A stretch of DNA of 62,399 nt, the filler included, from Sphacelaria rigidula (Eukaryota), in NCBI GenBank assembly GCA_964200075.2. It is 9 parts of 9 records of this genome, joined end to end, with 100 filler letters (N's around TTAATTAATTAA, not from the genome) between each part and the next. Parts side by side here need not be neighbours in the genome. Positions count along the whole stretch, not along the records: positions 55,556 to 62,399 come from CAXNAA020017804.1; 8 more parts are not named here. The stretch is one strand, 5' to 3'. A program made the position numbers and the translations under genes. Under the pieces are notes generated by a model. The model was not told the origin of the DNA. It searched no databases and saw only the letters and a list, made by a program, of their open reading frames with translations. Shown here piece after piece: positions 60,601-62,399 of this stretch. Within the stretch, counting starts at the first letter, position 1, and the number at the start of each line of letters is the position of its first letter.

Positions 60601-62339
60601 AAGAATATGTGAGGGTCTTCCCTGTGTTTCATCTGTAGGCTTGGCAATTTGTACTTGTATAAATGTAGTCGAGCGTCATCAAGGGGAAGATGGTGATCAT
60701 TTAGGTTACGCTATGCCTCAGTGGGAGATCCGGCATCATGAATCATAGCTAAACGTACTGCCTGAGCTCTCTTGACTTCGCCAACTGTATAGCCTTGCTC
60801 AACCTCAGGCGTCAGGTCTACTCCGACGGCTACCATCGAAATGTCATTCGAGGTGATGAAAGCTTCGAACAGCCCACACTGTCTCGCATTCATCGGAAAA
60901 CTGCTTTTCCAAACGGAAAATATAGTTTCTGAGTCGTCGAATTTGAGAATAGCTGGCAAACGAATACCTCTAACCCCAAGCGACATTGCTCTCGTATCAC
61001 CACTCCCAAGACTAGATCTAAACACCTCCACATTTTCCCACCACTCAGCTGTCCCAGCTGCTCAATGGATTGCAGGACCCAGGTCTTCTAATTCTGCTGA
61101 TCCAGCCCGGACACCCGCGGTTTGCAACGAACAGGGTTTTCGTGAGATCGAGAGTAGAGGACACGATTAAGATTGAAAAGCGGTCAAATACTGAATGAAC
61201 AGTTTCAGTTCCGAAATGCCCCTCCAAGAGGCCCGGTAGGCTTCCTGCAGTTTCTTGCCACTGAAGCTCATGATATCCCTGAGTAGGATATCGATATGTA
61301 GCTGTAAGCACACGCCAGTGTTACAGGCGAAGAAAAGTACACACGGAATGAGAAATTGGCCAAGTTGAAGCAAATGATTAAACCCACTCTCAATGAACGT
61401 TCTACTCTCCATCTCACGAAAGCATTGTTGAAGCCGCAGGTGTCCTGTCAATGACGTCTGCAACACGTCCCCCGGCACACTCCACAGTTGTTGCTCCCAG
61501 CGCGCCAACCCCTGGGGAGAACTCCTCGCGACCCACACCCTGGTCCGTTTTTCCTCCACGTGCCCGTGTACTGAGCTCAACGACATTCAAGTCATTTATC
61601 ATTTTCTTGACTCTCATTTTCGCTCTGTAGACGGGCCAGGTCTTCATTCCGTGTAGTTGGAGAGCTGCTGCCATCCACTTGGCTCCCAGGCGTAGACATC
61701 ACGCCACGGGTGACCAATCTGTGTTCTCGGCCGAATCGCTGGCGTATTCAGTATTTGAGGGATACCGCGGGCAGCTTTTGTGCATTAACCAAGAACTGTC
61801 GCCTGATAATGATGGATGAAGAACAAAGAAGTAAGCTTGGTGGGGGAGCATATGCACCTTATCTATTCCACAGATCGTAATATTATCCTACTCTCACACT
61901 TGTATACAGGAAGGCAGTTGTACTGGACTTTTCTTATCGAATAACGCTTTACACAAGTGCTCTATTCCTAGATATATGGCACACCCTGGATAATGACAAT
62001 ATATTACATTGTCCAAAAGTGTACTGCGTACAGTATGGAGTCTATTGTCTATTGGAATAGACGCAATAGTCGATAATTTACGCAGTACACTTTTGGACAA
62101 CGTAGTCTATTGTTAGGGGTGTGATACGTGGAACAAAATCATCCTCAAGAATATTGTTGGTGCACAAAGAATCAAAATATGAATAGGCATCGTGTGCCAG
62201 TTATGTCGGCTGCGTCCTGTTCGGGACGAAAATAGCCACCGATTCCATGGGTATGAACTCCTACACAATTTAAACATTAACCTCTAGTCATCCGTGCGAG
62301 CACACAGTCGACACAAGCGGTGAAAGGTCGTAGCAATTT

Positions 62340-62368
62340 TGTTATTATTATTATTGTTATTATTATTG

Positions 62369-62399
<31 letters not shown>
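62340..62399. repeat. (ATT)n microsatellite; other simple repeats include poly-G 15033-15072, (TA)n 15096-15119, poly-C 50570-50658
   Basis: Directly visible. Confidence 0.97.

Larger units (their letters stand above)
55775..61600 (-). mobile_element. Ty1/Copia LTR retrotransposon, decayed, with nested MITEs
   Basis: Order gag (61030-60260), protease-like EEWYGHTGEPWHLTD, pre-integrase HCIYGH...CTGCSMAK, integrase VFVDLGG...DDFSRKSW, RT KWVFK...LVAKGFSQ...KALHNLKQSAR...DPCI, LSQANYIRSVLDRF, RNase H QKSVTLSTTEVEY...SKHIDVRH...QHADILT; LTRs not resolved. Confidence 0.95.

Overview
This is not one locus. It is nine unrelated eukaryotic scaffolds of 6845 or 6844 bp, apparently size-sorted and joined by 100-nt N/TTAATTAATTAA spacers. 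Intron style, gene content and G/C-tracts suggest a stramenopile, probably a brown alga (inference). Four spliced host genes can be partly rebuilt by hand with in-frame splice sites: a myosin motor domain (including a GC-AG intron), a TDY-type MAPK15/ERK7-like kinase, an ATR-like PIKK FAT region and an MCTP-like PRT_C membrane protein. Most of the rest is transposon-derived: an internally deleted Ty3/Gypsy element, a decayed Ty1/Copia carrying four nested MITEs, mariner-like elements, tRNA-derived SINEs, a (CAAT)n-tailed retroposon, several MITE families, tandem repeats and unidentified pseudogene fragments. No complete novel system can be proven from the sequence alone. The best leads are (i) an abundant short element with a fixed ATGAGTAC end that always abuts C-rich tracts, (ii) a 3.2-kb element with an 8-bp target-site duplication (TSD), hairpin-rich direct subterminal arrays and a DUF218/YdcF-like passenger exon, (iii) three MITE families sharing AACA termini, two with exact 4-bp TSDs, and (iv) a constant-length ~335-bp MITE carrying TTAGGG repeats whose terminal inverted repeats (TIRs) co-vary. 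All family assignments are by motif recognition; no database search was run.
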